DNA of 63,845 nt, filler included. It is 6 parts of 6 records of this genome, joined end to end, with 100 filler letters (N's around TTAATTAATTAA, not from the genome) between each part and the next. Parts side by side here need not be neighbours in the genome. Positions count along the whole stretch, not along the records: positions 47,956 to 54,199 come from SRR20825010_3177; positions 54,300 to 60,668 come from SRR20825010_3182; positions 60,769 to 63,845 come from SRR20825010_3524; 3 more parts are not named here. One strand, given 5' to 3'. Shown piece after piece: positions 50,855 through 60,769 of the stretch. Below the pieces are notes generated by a model. That model had not been told where the DNA came from, made no database searches, and worked only from the letters and a program-made list of their open reading frames with translations. Position 1 is the first letter of the stretch, and each line of letters starts with the position of its first letter. Both the position numbers and the translations under genes were made by a program.

Positions 50855-52354
50855 TCACGGTTTTGCTGGAACGATTGGCCAATCATCGGTTCGAAACGAG
50901 GATGCAGGCAGGCCATCTTGGTTGGACAAATTGGGCGTGTCGCCACTGCCAAAAGCGTACCGCACGGCAACTGGTTCTGTGACCGCGTCGCTGTGCACAA
51001 CGATCGTGTCCCCATCGATCTCCGCGTCGGCGGCGACGAACGCTTGATCGGCTCCAGCAATGATGAAATGACTCGGTGACTTGCCGTCCATGGTGGTCAG
51101 CCCACTGCCAACATGTTGGAAGTGCAGACGAATGGATGCCCCTTCAACCTCATGACTTTGAAAGAGCGGTCCTGAATCCACGATGTCTTGACGACCGTAG
51201 TCGCGGGAAAGAGCCAGTCCAGCCAATCGTTCGCCAACTGGTTTCTTGTTCTTCGGGTGGATATTGGTTGGATCGCCGATGTCCATCGTGACCACCATTC
51301 CCGTGTTGGGTTCCGACAACGCCATCGTTTGAGCCTCTCGTAGAAAGGCCGCACTGATCGGTTCCCGCTTGTACGCAAAAGGAGCAATTTGCACGAAATA
51401 GAACGGAAAATCGCCCGCACCCCAACGACTTCGCCAGTCGCGAATCATGGCCGGGAACAGAGTTTGGTATTGCTCGGGTTGCTTGACGTTGGATTCGCCC
51501 TGGTACCAAATCACACCGCGAAAAGAGAATGGAATCAGTGGCCGAATCATGCTGTTGTACAACACGCTTGGGTTCCGATTGTTCAACCCGGCGGGCATCT
51601 TCTGACCACGGCGAAAGGTGATCCCGACTTCATCGGCGATCTTCTCGTTGACCGCAAACATTTCATTGAATTCAGGGAAGTCGCTCTTTAAAACTTCAGG
51701 ACTCACCCAAGCTTCCGCCGGGGTTCCGCCCCAATTGGTCGAGATCAACCCAATCGGCACAGCCAGCTCTTGATGCAATCGCGAGCCAAAGAAGTATCCC
51801 ACGGCACTGAAGTTGAGAACGGTTTGTGGGCTGCAGGTGGTCCACTTCGCTTGGACATCGTCTTGTCCTTCGAGCGACAAAATTTGAGGCACATCGCAGA
51901 AGCGAATTTGCGGGTACTTGGCTTGGACCACGTCCTCTTTGAAATGATCCACGCCGAAGCCACGCATCTTCCACTGCATGTTTGACTGGCCGGAACAGAT
52001 CCAAACTTCTCCCACGAGCACATCGGTCAACTGCACCGTTTCATCGCCGCTGGCAATGCGAACTTGAAAGGGTCCGCCTGCCTGGGGCGTTTTGATTTTG
52101 GCTCGCCACTTCCCATCGGAATCGGCCATGACCTGAACGGTTTCGTTGGACCACGATGGGGTCACCGAAACGGACGCACTGGGTTCGGTCATTCCCCAAA
52201 TCGGTGCGTTGGTTTCTCGCTGAAACACCATGCGGTCACCGAACATGCCAGACAATTGCAATGCCGTCCGCTGAGCGGTTTCCACTTCGGCCGCCACCGT
52301 TGTCGAAACCAGGATCAGCCAGAACGGCAGGACAGCGGACAGGAAACGAAGCAT
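50855..52354 (-). CDS. Sialate O-acetylesterase family (SASA)
   Basis: GEVWICSGQSNM, WYQGESN and IHPKNK motifs. Confidence 0.92.
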   Translation of the reverse strand: MLRFLSAVLPFWLILVSTTVAAEVETAQRTALQLSGMFGDRMVFQRETNAPIWGMTEPSASVSVTPSWSNETVQVMADSDGKWRAKIKTPQAGGPFQVRIASGDETVQLTDVLVGEVWICSGQSNMQWKMRGFGVDHFKEDVVQAKYPQIRFCDVPQILSLEGQDDVQAKWTTCSPQTVLNFSAVGYFFGSRLHQELAVPIGLISTNWGGTPAEAWVSPEVLKSDFPEFNEMFAVNEKIADEVGITFRRGQKMPAGLNNRNPSVLYNSMIRPLIPFSFRGVIWYQGESNVKQPEQYQTLFPAMIRDWRSRWGAGDFPFYFVQIAPFAYKREPISAAFLREAQTMALSEPNTGMVVTMDIGDPTNIHPKNKKPVGERLAGLALSRDYGRQDIVDSGPLFQSHEVEGASIRLHFQHVGSGLTTMDGKSPSHFIIAGADQAFVAADAEIDGDTIVVHSDAVTEPVAVRYAFGSGDTPNLSNQDGLPASSFRTDDWPIVPAKP

Positions 52355-52618
52355 GGCGACTCAGCAATCAACATTCGATGGTCAACGAAACGCAAGACCT
52401 GAGGATTATCCTTCAACCGACATTGAAAGCAAAGCACGGCGGCGACCAGCGTGACGAGTTCCTGGATACGTTCACTGAAGTTCCGACCCGATGGCGAGTG
52501 ATTCCCCACCGCTATTCGGACGCAACGTCCTTCGCCACCCCTGCGTGGGCACGGGCGGGGGACTAACATACGGCCTACCTTTTTTTCATTTCCTCCTCTG
52601 CATCCCCCGAAGTCGGCA

Positions 52619-54040
52619 ATGAAATCCCCATCGCTCATCCGCGCCCTCATTGCGTTTCTTCTCGCAGTTCCGCCGTCGACCTCGCTTGCGTTTTCCGATG
52701 ACAGCACGTCGCCCAACATCATTTTGTTGATGAGCGACGATCAAGGCTGGGGCGATGTCGGCTTCAACGGCAACGAGGTTGTGCAGACGCCCCACCTCGA
52801 TGCGATGGCCGCGGCGGGAGTTCGATTCGACCGTTTTTACGCTGCCGCACCGCTTTGTTCACCGACACGCGGCAGCTGCCTCACCGGTCGCTACCCATTT
52901 CGCTTTGGCATCCTGGCGGCTCACACCGGCGGCATGCGAGTGGGCGAAATCACCATCGCTGAGATGCTGAAGAAACAAGGGTACGCAACCGGCATGTTCG
53001 GCAAGTGGCACATCGGCTGGGTCAAACCCGATGAAGTCGGCACGCGAGGTTTTTACTCACCGCCGTCCCATCATGGTTTCGATGAATACTTCGCCACCAC
53101 GAGCGCGGTGCCGACGTGGAACCCAACCATCACACCCGACGACTGGGACAGTTGGGGCAACAAGCCGGGTGAACCGTGGAAAGGTGGCTTTCCCTACGTT
53201 CACAACGGCGTCGAAGCCAAGGAGAATTTGTCGGGTGACGACAGTCGCGTCATCATGGATCGTGTGATCCCGTTCATTGAAGCCAACCAATCCCACCCCT
53301 TTCTAGCAACGGTCTGGTTCCACGCACCTCATGAACCGGTGGTTGCTGGCGAGGAGTTTCAAAAGCTGTACCCCAAAGCGGGCAGCAAGCGAAAGAACTA
53401 CTACGGCTGCATCACAGCGATGGACCAGCAAATCGGACGCTTGCGAACCAAACTTCGCGAGCTTGGCATCGAGAAGAACACGGTGGTCTTCTTCTGCAGC
53501 GACAATGGACCCTCCGACGGTTTAACCAAAAAGAAAGTTGCCTCGGCCGGTCCTTTCAAAGGCCACAAGCACACCATGTACGAAGGCGGCCTGCTGGTTC
53601 CCGCCTGTGCAGAATGGCCCGGGACGATTCCGGCGGGCACTTCCACCGACGTCCGATGCAGCACGGTGGATTTCCTACCGACGGTGGCGTCGATCGTCGG
53701 TGATTCGATGGCAACCAAAGCCAACCGCCCCATCGATGGCATCGACCTGCTGCCGGTGATTCGCGGCGAGACCAAGGATCGAGACCGGAGCCTGTTCTTT
53801 GGCTATCGTCGATTGCATCAAGGCATCGATGGCCAAGCGATCATCTCAGGCGACTGGAAACTGCTTCGAGAAGCGAAGAAAAACGGTCGCGTGCGTTTGT
53901 ACGATCTCGCCAAAGACCCGTATGAGAAACATGATCTGTCCAGCGAATTGCCCGATCAAGCCGAACAACTTCGCAAAGAGCTTGAGATCCTGGATGCGAG
54001 CTGCCAGCGAAGTCGCGATGGAGCGGACTATCGATACTGA
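52619..54040 (+). CDS. Sulfatase (Cys-type, S1)
   Basis: SDDQGWGD, CSPTRGSCLTG, GKWHIG and SDNG motifs. Confidence 0.95.
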   Translation: MKSPSLIRALIAFLLAVPPSTSLAFSDDSTSPNIILLMSDDQGWGDVGFNGNEVVQTPHLDAMAAAGVRFDRFYAAAPLCSPTRGSCLTGRYPFRFGILAAHTGGMRVGEITIAEMLKKQGYATGMFGKWHIGWVKPDEVGTRGFYSPPSHHGFDEYFATTSAVPTWNPTITPDDWDSWGNKPGEPWKGGFPYVHNGVEAKENLSGDDSRVIMDRVIPFIEANQSHPFLATVWFHAPHEPVVAGEEFQKLYPKAGSKRKNYYGCITAMDQQIGRLRTKLRELGIEKNTVVFFCSDNGPSDGLTKKKVASAGPFKGHKHTMYEGGLLVPACAEWPGTIPAGTSTDVRCSTVDFLPTVASIVGDSMATKANRPIDGIDLLPVIRGETKDRDRSLFFGYRRLHQGIDGQAIISGDWKLLREAKKNGRVRLYDLAKDPYEKHDLSSELPDQAEQLRKELEILDASCQRSRDGADYRY

Positions 54041-54174
54041 ATCGCGTCCATCCGGCACCTGGCCTGTGGATTGACTCCTGCTCCCAACCACCACCCGACT
54101 TTGCTCTTTCGCCCAAACCTCCGTCCGTGGAGGTCGTGCAGTTTTTAAGTGCTATGTTGCCAAGCGTTGATCAT

Positions 54175-54199
54175 CACCCTCCCCCTGGGAGGGTCGAGC
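54175..54199. repeat. REP-like palindrome cut by the contig end
   Basis: CCCTCCC-CCT-GGGAGGG-TCGAGC. Confidence 0.5.
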
Positions 54200-54299
54200 N
54201 NNNNNNNNNNNNNNNNNNNNNNNNNNNNNNNNNNNNNNNNNNNTTAATTAATTAANNNNNNNNNNNNNNNNNNNNNNNNNNNNNNNNNNNNNNNNNNNN
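54200..54299. other. Artificial contig linker
   Basis: N44-TTAATTAATTAA-N44. Confidence 0.99.
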
Positions 54300-54329
54300 A
54301 AAAGCCCCGGTGTTTCCACCGGGGCTTTT
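54300..54329. terminator. Bidirectional terminator after ptsN
   Basis: AAAAGCCCCGGTG-tttc-CACCGGGGCTTTT. Confidence 0.85.
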
Positions 54330-54346
54330 GATTTTTGTCGTCACGA

Positions 54347-54811
54347 TCAGACGGCGCTGGTTTCCACCGGCTCTGTCAGGATCGCAAACAGCGCGTCGGG
54401 ATCATCGCTCGCGCGCAGCTTGTCCACCACCGCCTGATTGCGCAGCAGACGCGAAATACGCGCCAGCGCTTTCAGGTGGTCCGCACCAGCCCCTTCAGGG
54501 GCCAGCAGCAGAAACACGAGATCGACAGGCTGGTCATCGACACTTTCAAAATCCACAGCCGTATCCAGACGGGCAAACAGCCCGTGCAGACGCGTCAGCT
54601 GGGCCAGTTTGCCATGCGGAATGGCGATGCCATGCCCCACGCCGGTTGAGCCCAGACGCTCGCGCTCCAGCAGCGTTTCATAAATGGTGCGTTCAGACAG
54701 GCCGGTAATCTCCGCCGCACGGGCGGACATGTCCTGCAGTGTCTGTTTTTTGCTGGTGACCTTAAGGTGGGCGACCACCCCTTCCGGTGACACCAGATCT
54801 TCAAGCTCCAT
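54347..54811 (-). CDS. ptsN: PTS IIA nitrogen regulatory protein
   Basis: RERLGSTG.G.GIAIPH and GADHLKALARISR motifs. Confidence 0.97.
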   Translation of the reverse strand: MELEDLVSPEGVVAHLKVTSKKQTLQDMSARAAEITGLSERTIYETLLERERLGSTGVGHGIAIPHGKLAQLTRLHGLFARLDTAVDFESVDDQPVDLVFLLLAPEGAGADHLKALARISRLLRNQAVVDKLRASDDPDALFAILTEPVETSAV

Positions 54812-54855
54812 AATTCTACGCTCCGAGATACTGTGAGTTTTGCCGGTTGGCCGAT

Positions 54856-55437
54856 TTAAGATTTTTGTGGATCGCGACTGGCGTCGATCCAGCCGATATT
54901 GCCGTCATCACGGTGATAGACAAGATTGAGCCCGCCCGTTGCGCCATTGCGGAAAACCATAAAGTTCGCATGGGTCAGGTCCATATGCATCACCGCGTCC
55001 ATCACGCTCAGGCGCGGCACAGATGTTGTGCCCTCTGCGATGATGATGGGCTGTGCGTCCTCGGCCACTTCGTCATGCTCGCCGCTGCTTTCCAGCACGA
55101 AAGAAGGAAAGCTTTCAGCAGGCAGTTCGGGCTTGTTGCCGTTTGCATGGTTTTTCAGACGGCGCTTATAGCGGCGCAACTGCTTGTCGAGCCGCTCGGC
55201 AGCCGCTTCGAATGCGGCATAGGGATCGGTTGCCCGCCCTTGCGCATTCAGGCGCATGCCTGAGCTGAGATGTACGGCGCAATCCGCCTTCACTTCATAA
55301 CCGTCTTTGGTAAGAGTGACATGACCGTCCACCGGCCTGTCAAAATATTTGCCCACACTGGCGTCTAGCCTTTCGGCGACATGGGAACGGAGTGAATCTC
55401 CGACATCCAGATGATGTCCGCTGACCTGAACTTGCAT
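54856..55437 (-). CDS. hpf: Ribosome hibernation promoting factor, long form
   Basis: KQLRRYKRRLK; C-terminal YHRDDGNIGWID; lies between rpoN and ptsN. Confidence 0.95.
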   Translation of the reverse strand: MQVQVSGHHLDVGDSLRSHVAERLDASVGKYFDRPVDGHVTLTKDGYEVKADCAVHLSSGMRLNAQGRATDPYAAFEAAAERLDKQLRRYKRRLKNHANGNKPELPAESFPSFVLESSGEHDEVAEDAQPIIIAEGTTSVPRLSVMDAVMHMDLTHANFMVFRNGATGGLNLVYHRDDGNIGWIDASRDPQKS

Positions 55438-55730
55438 GAGAACCTTTCCGGGTCATACCGCATCTTCGCCGCTGGTGATCATGAAAACTGTGTGAATTGC
55501 AGCTTTCCGATCCCTTTCTGCCGCCCCTGAGCCTGTCCGGTTCCGAAGTCTCGATGCCTGTCTGGCTGAACGTCATGAAATAACGGTATGACCAAAGAGA
55601 CGCCTGAGCGCGACGCAACCTAGTTCCACGGGTTAGGGGTGTCAACCTGCGACCTCCAATGCGATAAAAGACCTTTGAATTCAATCACATAGGGCAAAAA
55701 CCATAAGGCAGGACGCCAGATGGTCACTCA

Positions 55731-57269
55731 TTAGGCATAGGCTTTCTTTTCGCGCCTCCGTTGCACTGAGGAAGGTATGTTCAAGGCTTCACGATACTTG
55801 GCCACCGTGCGCCTTGCGATATCGATTCCCGAGGTTTTCAGGATATCGACAATATTATCATCTGAAAGAATGGCATCATTGCGTTCTGCATCGATCAAAT
55901 CTTTGATGCGATGTCGTACCGCCTCGGCCGAATGCGCTTCGCCGCCCGCCGTCGCGTTGATCGACGAGGTGAAGAAATACTTCATCTCGAAAATACCACG
56001 CGGCGTGGCGATATATTTGCTGTTGGTCACGCGGCTGACAGTGGATTCATGCATCGAGATCGCGTCGGCCACAGTCTTCAGGTTCAGCGGACGCAGATGC
56101 TGGATGCCATACATCAGGAAGGCGTCCTGCTGGCGAACGATTTCAGCGGCCACTTTCAGGATCGTGCGGGCGCGCTGGTCTAGGCTCTTCACCAGCCAGT
56201 TCGCATTATTCAGGCATTCCGACAGATAGGCTTTCGCCTTCGGGTCGCCCGACAGCTTGCTCACCTCGGTGTAATATTGCTGGTTCACCAGCACACGCGG
56301 CAGCGTTTCGGAATTGAGTTCTATCGCCCATGTACCGTCGGCACGCTGGCGGATGAACACATCGGGGATCACCGGCACAGAGGGTTCGCCGCCAAAGGCC
56401 AGACCGGGTTTCGGATTGCATGTGCGGATATCGTCGATCATCGAAGCGATGTCCTCACGGTCTGCACCGCAAAGTTTCATCAGCAGATCGAAATCGCGCC
56501 GTGCGAAAAGTTCCAGATGGTCGAGAAAAACCTGCATCGTCGGATCAAGCCGGTCGCGTTCGGCCAGCTGCAACGACAGACATTCTTTCAGATCGCGCGC
56601 GCAAATGCCGGTCGGCTCGAAAGTCTGCAAGACGGCCAGAACCTTCTCCACCGCTTCTACGTCGATGCCCAGCCGGTCGGCCACTTCGGGCATCTCGGCG
56701 GCCATATAGCCCGCCTCGTTCACCTGGTCGATCAGATAGGCACCGATCATCCGCTCAAGCGGATCTTTGATTGCCATGTTCATCTGGTCGGTCAGATGTT
56801 CGCCCAGCGTCGCTTCGCGTGTCAGCGTCTGTTCAAGGCCGAATTCGCCATCGCCCGATCCGCCGCCACTGCCGCCGGTCTTCAGGTTCTGCCAGTCAGA
56901 GCTTGTCTGGTCGGGGGCCGAGGCCGCCGCTTCGTTCATTGTGTCCGAACGGCTCTCGTCGGCATAAACATTGTCATAATCGGTGTCGAGGTCGCCCTCG
57001 CGTGACGGCATGGGGCTGTCATCGCTCAGCGTCAGCGCGTTTTCAGCCACCGGTCCGGCTTCCATCTCGCGGTCATTATCCGCGGTCAGCCGGTCTGCAT
57101 CAGGTTCAACAACGGAGACTTCGAGCAGCGGGTTCTTTTCCAGCTCCTGCTCGACATATTCCCCCAGCTCAAGATTGCTGAGCTGCAGCAGCTTGATGGC
57201 TTGCTGCAGTTGGGGCGTCATGACCAGTGCCTGGCCCTGACGTATTTCCAGTCGTGGTGCTAGCGCCAT
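55731..57269 (-). CDS. rpoN: RNA polymerase sigma-54
   Basis: MTPQLQQAIKLLQL, HESTVSRVT and ARRTVAKYR (RpoN box). Confidence 0.98.
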   Translation of the reverse strand: MALAPRLEIRQGQALVMTPQLQQAIKLLQLSNLELGEYVEQELEKNPLLEVSVVEPDADRLTADNDREMEAGPVAENALTLSDDSPMPSREGDLDTDYDNVYADESRSDTMNEAAASAPDQTSSDWQNLKTGGSGGGSGDGEFGLEQTLTREATLGEHLTDQMNMAIKDPLERMIGAYLIDQVNEAGYMAAEMPEVADRLGIDVEAVEKVLAVLQTFEPTGICARDLKECLSLQLAERDRLDPTMQVFLDHLELFARRDFDLLMKLCGADREDIASMIDDIRTCNPKPGLAFGGEPSVPVIPDVFIRQRADGTWAIELNSETLPRVLVNQQYYTEVSKLSGDPKAKAYLSECLNNANWLVKSLDQRARTILKVAAEIVRQQDAFLMYGIQHLRPLNLKTVADAISMHESTVSRVTNSKYIATPRGIFEMKYFFTSSINATAGGEAHSAEAVRHRIKDLIDAERNDAILSDDNIVDILKTSGIDIARRTVAKYREALNIPSSVQRRREKKAYA

Positions 57270-57291
57270 ATGTGGTGCCGCCCTTTAAGCA

Positions 57292-58104
57292 TTACAGCGA
57301 AAACCTGTCGCCGAGATAGAGTCGGCGCACGTCTTCGTTTCCTACGATTTCGGAAGGTTCCCCTTCCATCAAAACGTGTCCGTCATGAATGATGACGGCA
57401 CGGTCGATCAGATCCAGTGTCTCGCGCACATTATGGTCGGTGATCAGCACACCGATGCCACGGTCTTTGAGATGCGAAACAAGGTCGCGAATATCGCCGA
57501 TAGCAATCGGGTCGATACCCGCAAAAGGCTCGTCCAGCAGCATGAAGGACGGCTGGGTGGCCAGCGCACGGGCAATTTCCACACGGCGGCGTTCACCACC
57601 CGACAGCGCGATGGATGGCGTGCGGCGCAAATGCGTGATCGAGAATTCGGCCAGCAGATCGTCCAGTGCGGCTTCGCGGCGGTCACGGTCGCTCTCCACC
57701 ACTTCCAGCACGGCGCGGATATTCTGTTCCACCGTCAGCCCGCGAAAGATCGAGGCTTCCTGTGGCAGATAGCCGATGCCCATGCGCGAGCGGCGATACA
57801 TGGGCAGGTCGGTCACATCATGCCCGTCCAGCGCGATTGCACCATAATCGGGAGAGATCAGGCCGGTAATCATGTAGAAGACGGTGGTCTTGCCAGCGCC
57901 GTTGGGGCCGAGCAGGCCCACGGCCTCGCCACGATTCACATTAAAGCTCACACCGCGCACAACAGGGCGGCGACGGAAGCTCTTGCCGATTTTGGAAACG
58001 GAGAGGCCTGCGTTACTCGTGACAAGGCGCGGGCCTTCACGACGCGACCCGTCCGGGTTCGTCGTTTTGATCGCGGTCGTCGCTGTCTCAGCGCGGCTTG
58101 TCAT
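57292..58104 (-). CDS. lptB: LPS export ABC transporter ATPase
   Basis: GPNGAGKTT, YLPQEASIFR, LDEPFAGIDP and ITDHNVRETL motifs. Confidence 0.97.
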   Translation of the reverse strand: MTSRAETATTAIKTTNPDGSRREGPRLVTSNAGLSVSKIGKSFRRRPVVRGVSFNVNRGEAVGLLGPNGAGKTTVFYMITGLISPDYGAIALDGHDVTDLPMYRRSRMGIGYLPQEASIFRGLTVEQNIRAVLEVVESDRDRREAALDDLLAEFSITHLRRTPSIALSGGERRRVEIARALATQPSFMLLDEPFAGIDPIAIGDIRDLVSHLKDRGIGVLITDHNVRETLDLIDRAVIIHDGHVLMEGEPSEIVGNEDVRRLYLGDRFSL

Positions 58105-58187
58105 AGGTGCCCCTCAATTCAGTGCCATCATAAAACGGCAGTTGGCATTAAAATTGTATGAAGTGGGCGCGTTAACCAAGCCCTTAA

Positions 58188-58865
58188 TCACTCTTTGGGG
58201 GGTGAAGAGGGTTGAAAAAGTGCCTTGACACGGCCATTTCCGCTCGGTTTTCCGCCTTCGGCAGGTGTGCTGCTGGTCACACCACCCGATACCCGGCTGC
58301 GACCGGAATTAAGGTCAATATAGAGTTTGGTGCCGCGGATCACATTCTGGCCCTGACGCAGCACCACCTTGTCACCCATAACGATCTCGCGGGTTGCCAC
58401 ATTGTAGCGTGCCCAGTCGCCATTGGCTGACTGGTCGTCTTTGGACAGCACATGCACGCGGCCTGTGGCGATAATCTGGGTAATTTGCGTCTTGCCACCA
58501 TCGGGACCGGTAGCATAGGTCGCCTTCAGCCGGTCAGACCGCAATCGGGTATCGCCCTGAACCGCCACCACATTGCCGATAAAGGTTGCTTGCTGGGACT
58601 GGTCTTCAACTTCCAGTTTGTCAGCCTCAATCTCGACCGGCTGGTCGGGATTGGTCGCAAAGCCTTCCAGCGCGTTGCCGGCGGCAAGGGCAGGGCCTGC
58701 ATTGACGCTCGCCAGACCCAGAATCGCGCAAAGAAGTGCGGCGGCAAAGCCTCTTTGGCCTGTCACAGCCCATTTGTTTGTCGGCATGACGTCCCCCGCA
58801 ATACCCGTTTTGTTCAGCCCGATCATATGCCCCACCATTTTGACTTCTGTCCCCTGCGGTCTCAT
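58188..58865 (-). CDS. lptA: LPS transport periplasmic protein
   Basis: PVEIEADKLEV...ATFIGNVVAVQG...GRVKALF; start may lie further downstream (about 58787). Confidence 0.9.
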   Translation of the reverse strand: MRPQGTEVKMVGHMIGLNKTGIAGDVMPTNKWAVTGQRGFAAALLCAILGLASVNAGPALAAGNALEGFATNPDQPVEIEADKLEVEDQSQQATFIGNVVAVQGDTRLRSDRLKATYATGPDGGKTQITQIIATGRVHVLSKDDQSANGDWARYNVATREIVMGDKVVLRQGQNVIRGTKLYIDLNSGRSRVSGGVTSSTPAEGGKPSGNGRVKALFQPSSPPKE

Positions 58866-59596
58866 TTGTTCCCCTGACCGTAAAGGATCATTTTAACGCG
58901 GCCTGTAAAAACGATTTTCTTCTCGCCATTATTCGCCGTCATGCTGTCGGCACGCAATGTACCTGCCGGTCCCTGTCCCTCGACCGGTTTGTCACTCGAA
59001 AATGTTCCCTCGCGGAAATCGATCTGACCGGAAACCCCGTGAAACTCATAACCACTGGAAAGATAGACGTCGATCTTCTGTTCCAGTTGCAGTTTCTCGG
59101 TTTCGCTGTCCAGCTGACCGGTGGTCGAACTCAGCGAAATCCATTCCTCGTCGCCGGAGAGTTTGAGGTCGGCCTGCAGATTATCCAGCAGGATATGGTT
59201 TGGATGGTCCTTGGCCTGCGTCGCCGTGTCGGCGGTCAGCACATAGGGCTGGCCGGAGCGGTCCAGCCCCGTCACTTTCGGGCTGATCATGCGCAAGTCA
59301 TTATTCAGCGAGGCGATCTCGCGAAAGGTGATGTCGAGCCGGTCGCGCTTGTCAAAAACGCCAGAATAAAACAGCACAGTCAGCAGCAGAGCGGCAGCGC
59401 CCAGCGGCAATGCCACTTTCATGGCCGAGACAAAGCGGCTATGGCGGCCTACGCGACGTTCGGAATAGACCGATTGCCCGCGTATATCGTTTACATAGGG
59501 CGATTCATATGTCGGCAGGGTATCGGACGGAATTGTCGCGTCAGGTTCTGACGAATTGGAAATAATTTCCGGATCTCTGTTCCTTGGTCCGTTCAT
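58862..59596 (-). CDS. lptC: LPS export protein LptC
   Basis: Single N-terminal TM; PYVLTADTATQ...GTLRADS...FTGRVKM; position in the cluster. Confidence 0.88.
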   Translation of the reverse strand: MNGPRNRDPEIISNSSEPDATIPSDTLPTYESPYVNDIRGQSVYSERRVGRHSRFVSAMKVALPLGAAALLLTVLFYSGVFDKRDRLDITFREIASLNNDLRMISPKVTGLDRSGQPYVLTADTATQAKDHPNHILLDNLQADLKLSGDEEWISLSSTTGQLDSETEKLQLEQKIDVYLSSGYEFHGVSGQIDFREGTFSSDKPVEGQGPAGTLRADSMTANNGEKKIVFTGRVKMILYGQGNK

Positions 59597-59703
59597 ATTC
59601 TTTTATTCTGCCTACGGAACATGGACTCTGACGCGAACCCGCTGCAATTGCAGTGCTAAACTGTTTTTATCGCGCTACCGGCTTTGCGGCAGCTTATGTT
59701 CCA

Positions 59704-59733
59704 ATTATGCGCTCAAGCCTTTCAGAGCGTCAA
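59704..59733 (-). promoter_or_regulatory. Putative sigma70 promoter for lptC
   Basis: TTGACG-N18-CATAAT on the minus strand. Confidence 0.55.
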
Positions 59734-59859
59734 CGAAACGAGGCCCGTTTGGGCAGCTTTTGCCACCCTTTGACGCATATATACGAAACTGGGCCCGCCC
59801 CGTGTCGCTTATAAGGCGGTTCTCGGGCAGTTCAGAGGCATTTGCGCCGGTTTGCCGGA

Positions 59860-60471
59860 TTAGTGGGCGAAAATATCGTCTTCGTCCCAACCGGCAAGGT
59901 CGAGGGCAGCGCGCACCGGCAGAAAGGCAAAGCAGGCTTTGGCAAATTCTGTGCGGCCTTCGCGCGCCAGCATTTCGTCCAGCACCTTGCGGATCGCATG
60001 CAGATGCAGCACATCGGAGGCCGCATAGGCCAATTGGGCCTCTGTCAGCGTGTCGGCGCCCCAATCCGAGCTTTGCTGCGCCTTGGACATGTCCACACCC
60101 ACCGTCTCGCGCGACAGGTCTTTCAGCCCGTGGCGGTCGGTATAGGTGCGTACCAGCTTCGAGGCGATTTTGGTGCAATAGACAGGCGTTGTCACAACGC
60201 CCAGATATTTCTGCATCATCGCCACATCGAAACGGGCGAAGTGGAAGATTTTCTCCACCTGCTGATTGCCCATCAGGGCGCGCAGATTGGGCGCGTTATA
60301 GGTGCCACGGTCCAGCTGCACCAGATGCGCGTCGCCGTCACCGGCCGAAAGCTGCACAAGGCACAGCGGATCGCGATGCGGGTTGAGGCCGAGTGTTTCA
60401 GTATCCACAGCCACGCTTGACCCGAAAGTCAGCCCGTCGGGAAGGTCGCCTTTGTGCAATGTGATTGCCAT
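59860..60471 (-). CDS. rnd: Ribonuclease D (short alphaproteobacterial form)
   Basis: VDTET, FHFARFD, TKIASKL, QSSDWG and YAASDVLHLH motifs. Confidence 0.92.
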   Translation of the reverse strand: MAITLHKGDLPDGLTFGSSVAVDTETLGLNPHRDPLCLVQLSAGDGDAHLVQLDRGTYNAPNLRALMGNQQVEKIFHFARFDVAMMQKYLGVVTTPVYCTKIASKLVRTYTDRHGLKDLSRETVGVDMSKAQQSSDWGADTLTEAQLAYAASDVLHLHAIRKVLDEMLAREGRTEFAKACFAFLPVRAALDLAGWDEDDIFAH

Positions 60472-60638
60472 ATGTCCTCTGGCCTTTAAGGGGGCGCATC
60501 CTGTTTGTCTTCCCGAAGGAAAAACGCGGCCCGGCGGGTCACCCCGTTTGGTAGATCACCCTGCCTGTCTGTCCGCGATCGGTCCAGCCAGTTTGGTAGT
60601 CAGGATGATCATCGCATCTTGTCGATGCGGAGAAAAAG

Positions 60639-60668
60639 TGGTGCCCAGGAGAAGACTCGAACTTCCAC
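60639..60668 (-). tRNA. 3' end of a tRNA, most likely tRNA-Leu (truncated; anticodon not visible)
   Basis: Reverse complement GTGGAAGTTCGAGTCTTCTCCTGGGCACCA: T-arm, acceptor strand and CCA. Confidence 0.8.
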
Positions 60669-60768
60669 NNNNNNNNNNNNNNNNNNNNNNNNNNNNNNNN
60701 NNNNNNNNNNNNTTAATTAATTAANNNNNNNNNNNNNNNNNNNNNNNNNNNNNNNNNNNNNNNNNNNN
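60669..60768. other. Artificial contig linker
   Basis: N44-TTAATTAATTAA-N44. Confidence 0.99.
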
Positions 60769-60769
60769 A

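Noticed and set aside
58172-58187. CtrA box upstream of lptB
   Set aside because: Spacing is TTAA-N8-TTAA rather than the N7 consensus.
59688-59703. Sigma54 promoter upstream of lptC (TGGAAC-ATAAG-CTGC)
   Set aside because: GG-N10-GC spacing fits, but both boxes deviate from consensus and an adjacent sigma70-like promoter explains the region.
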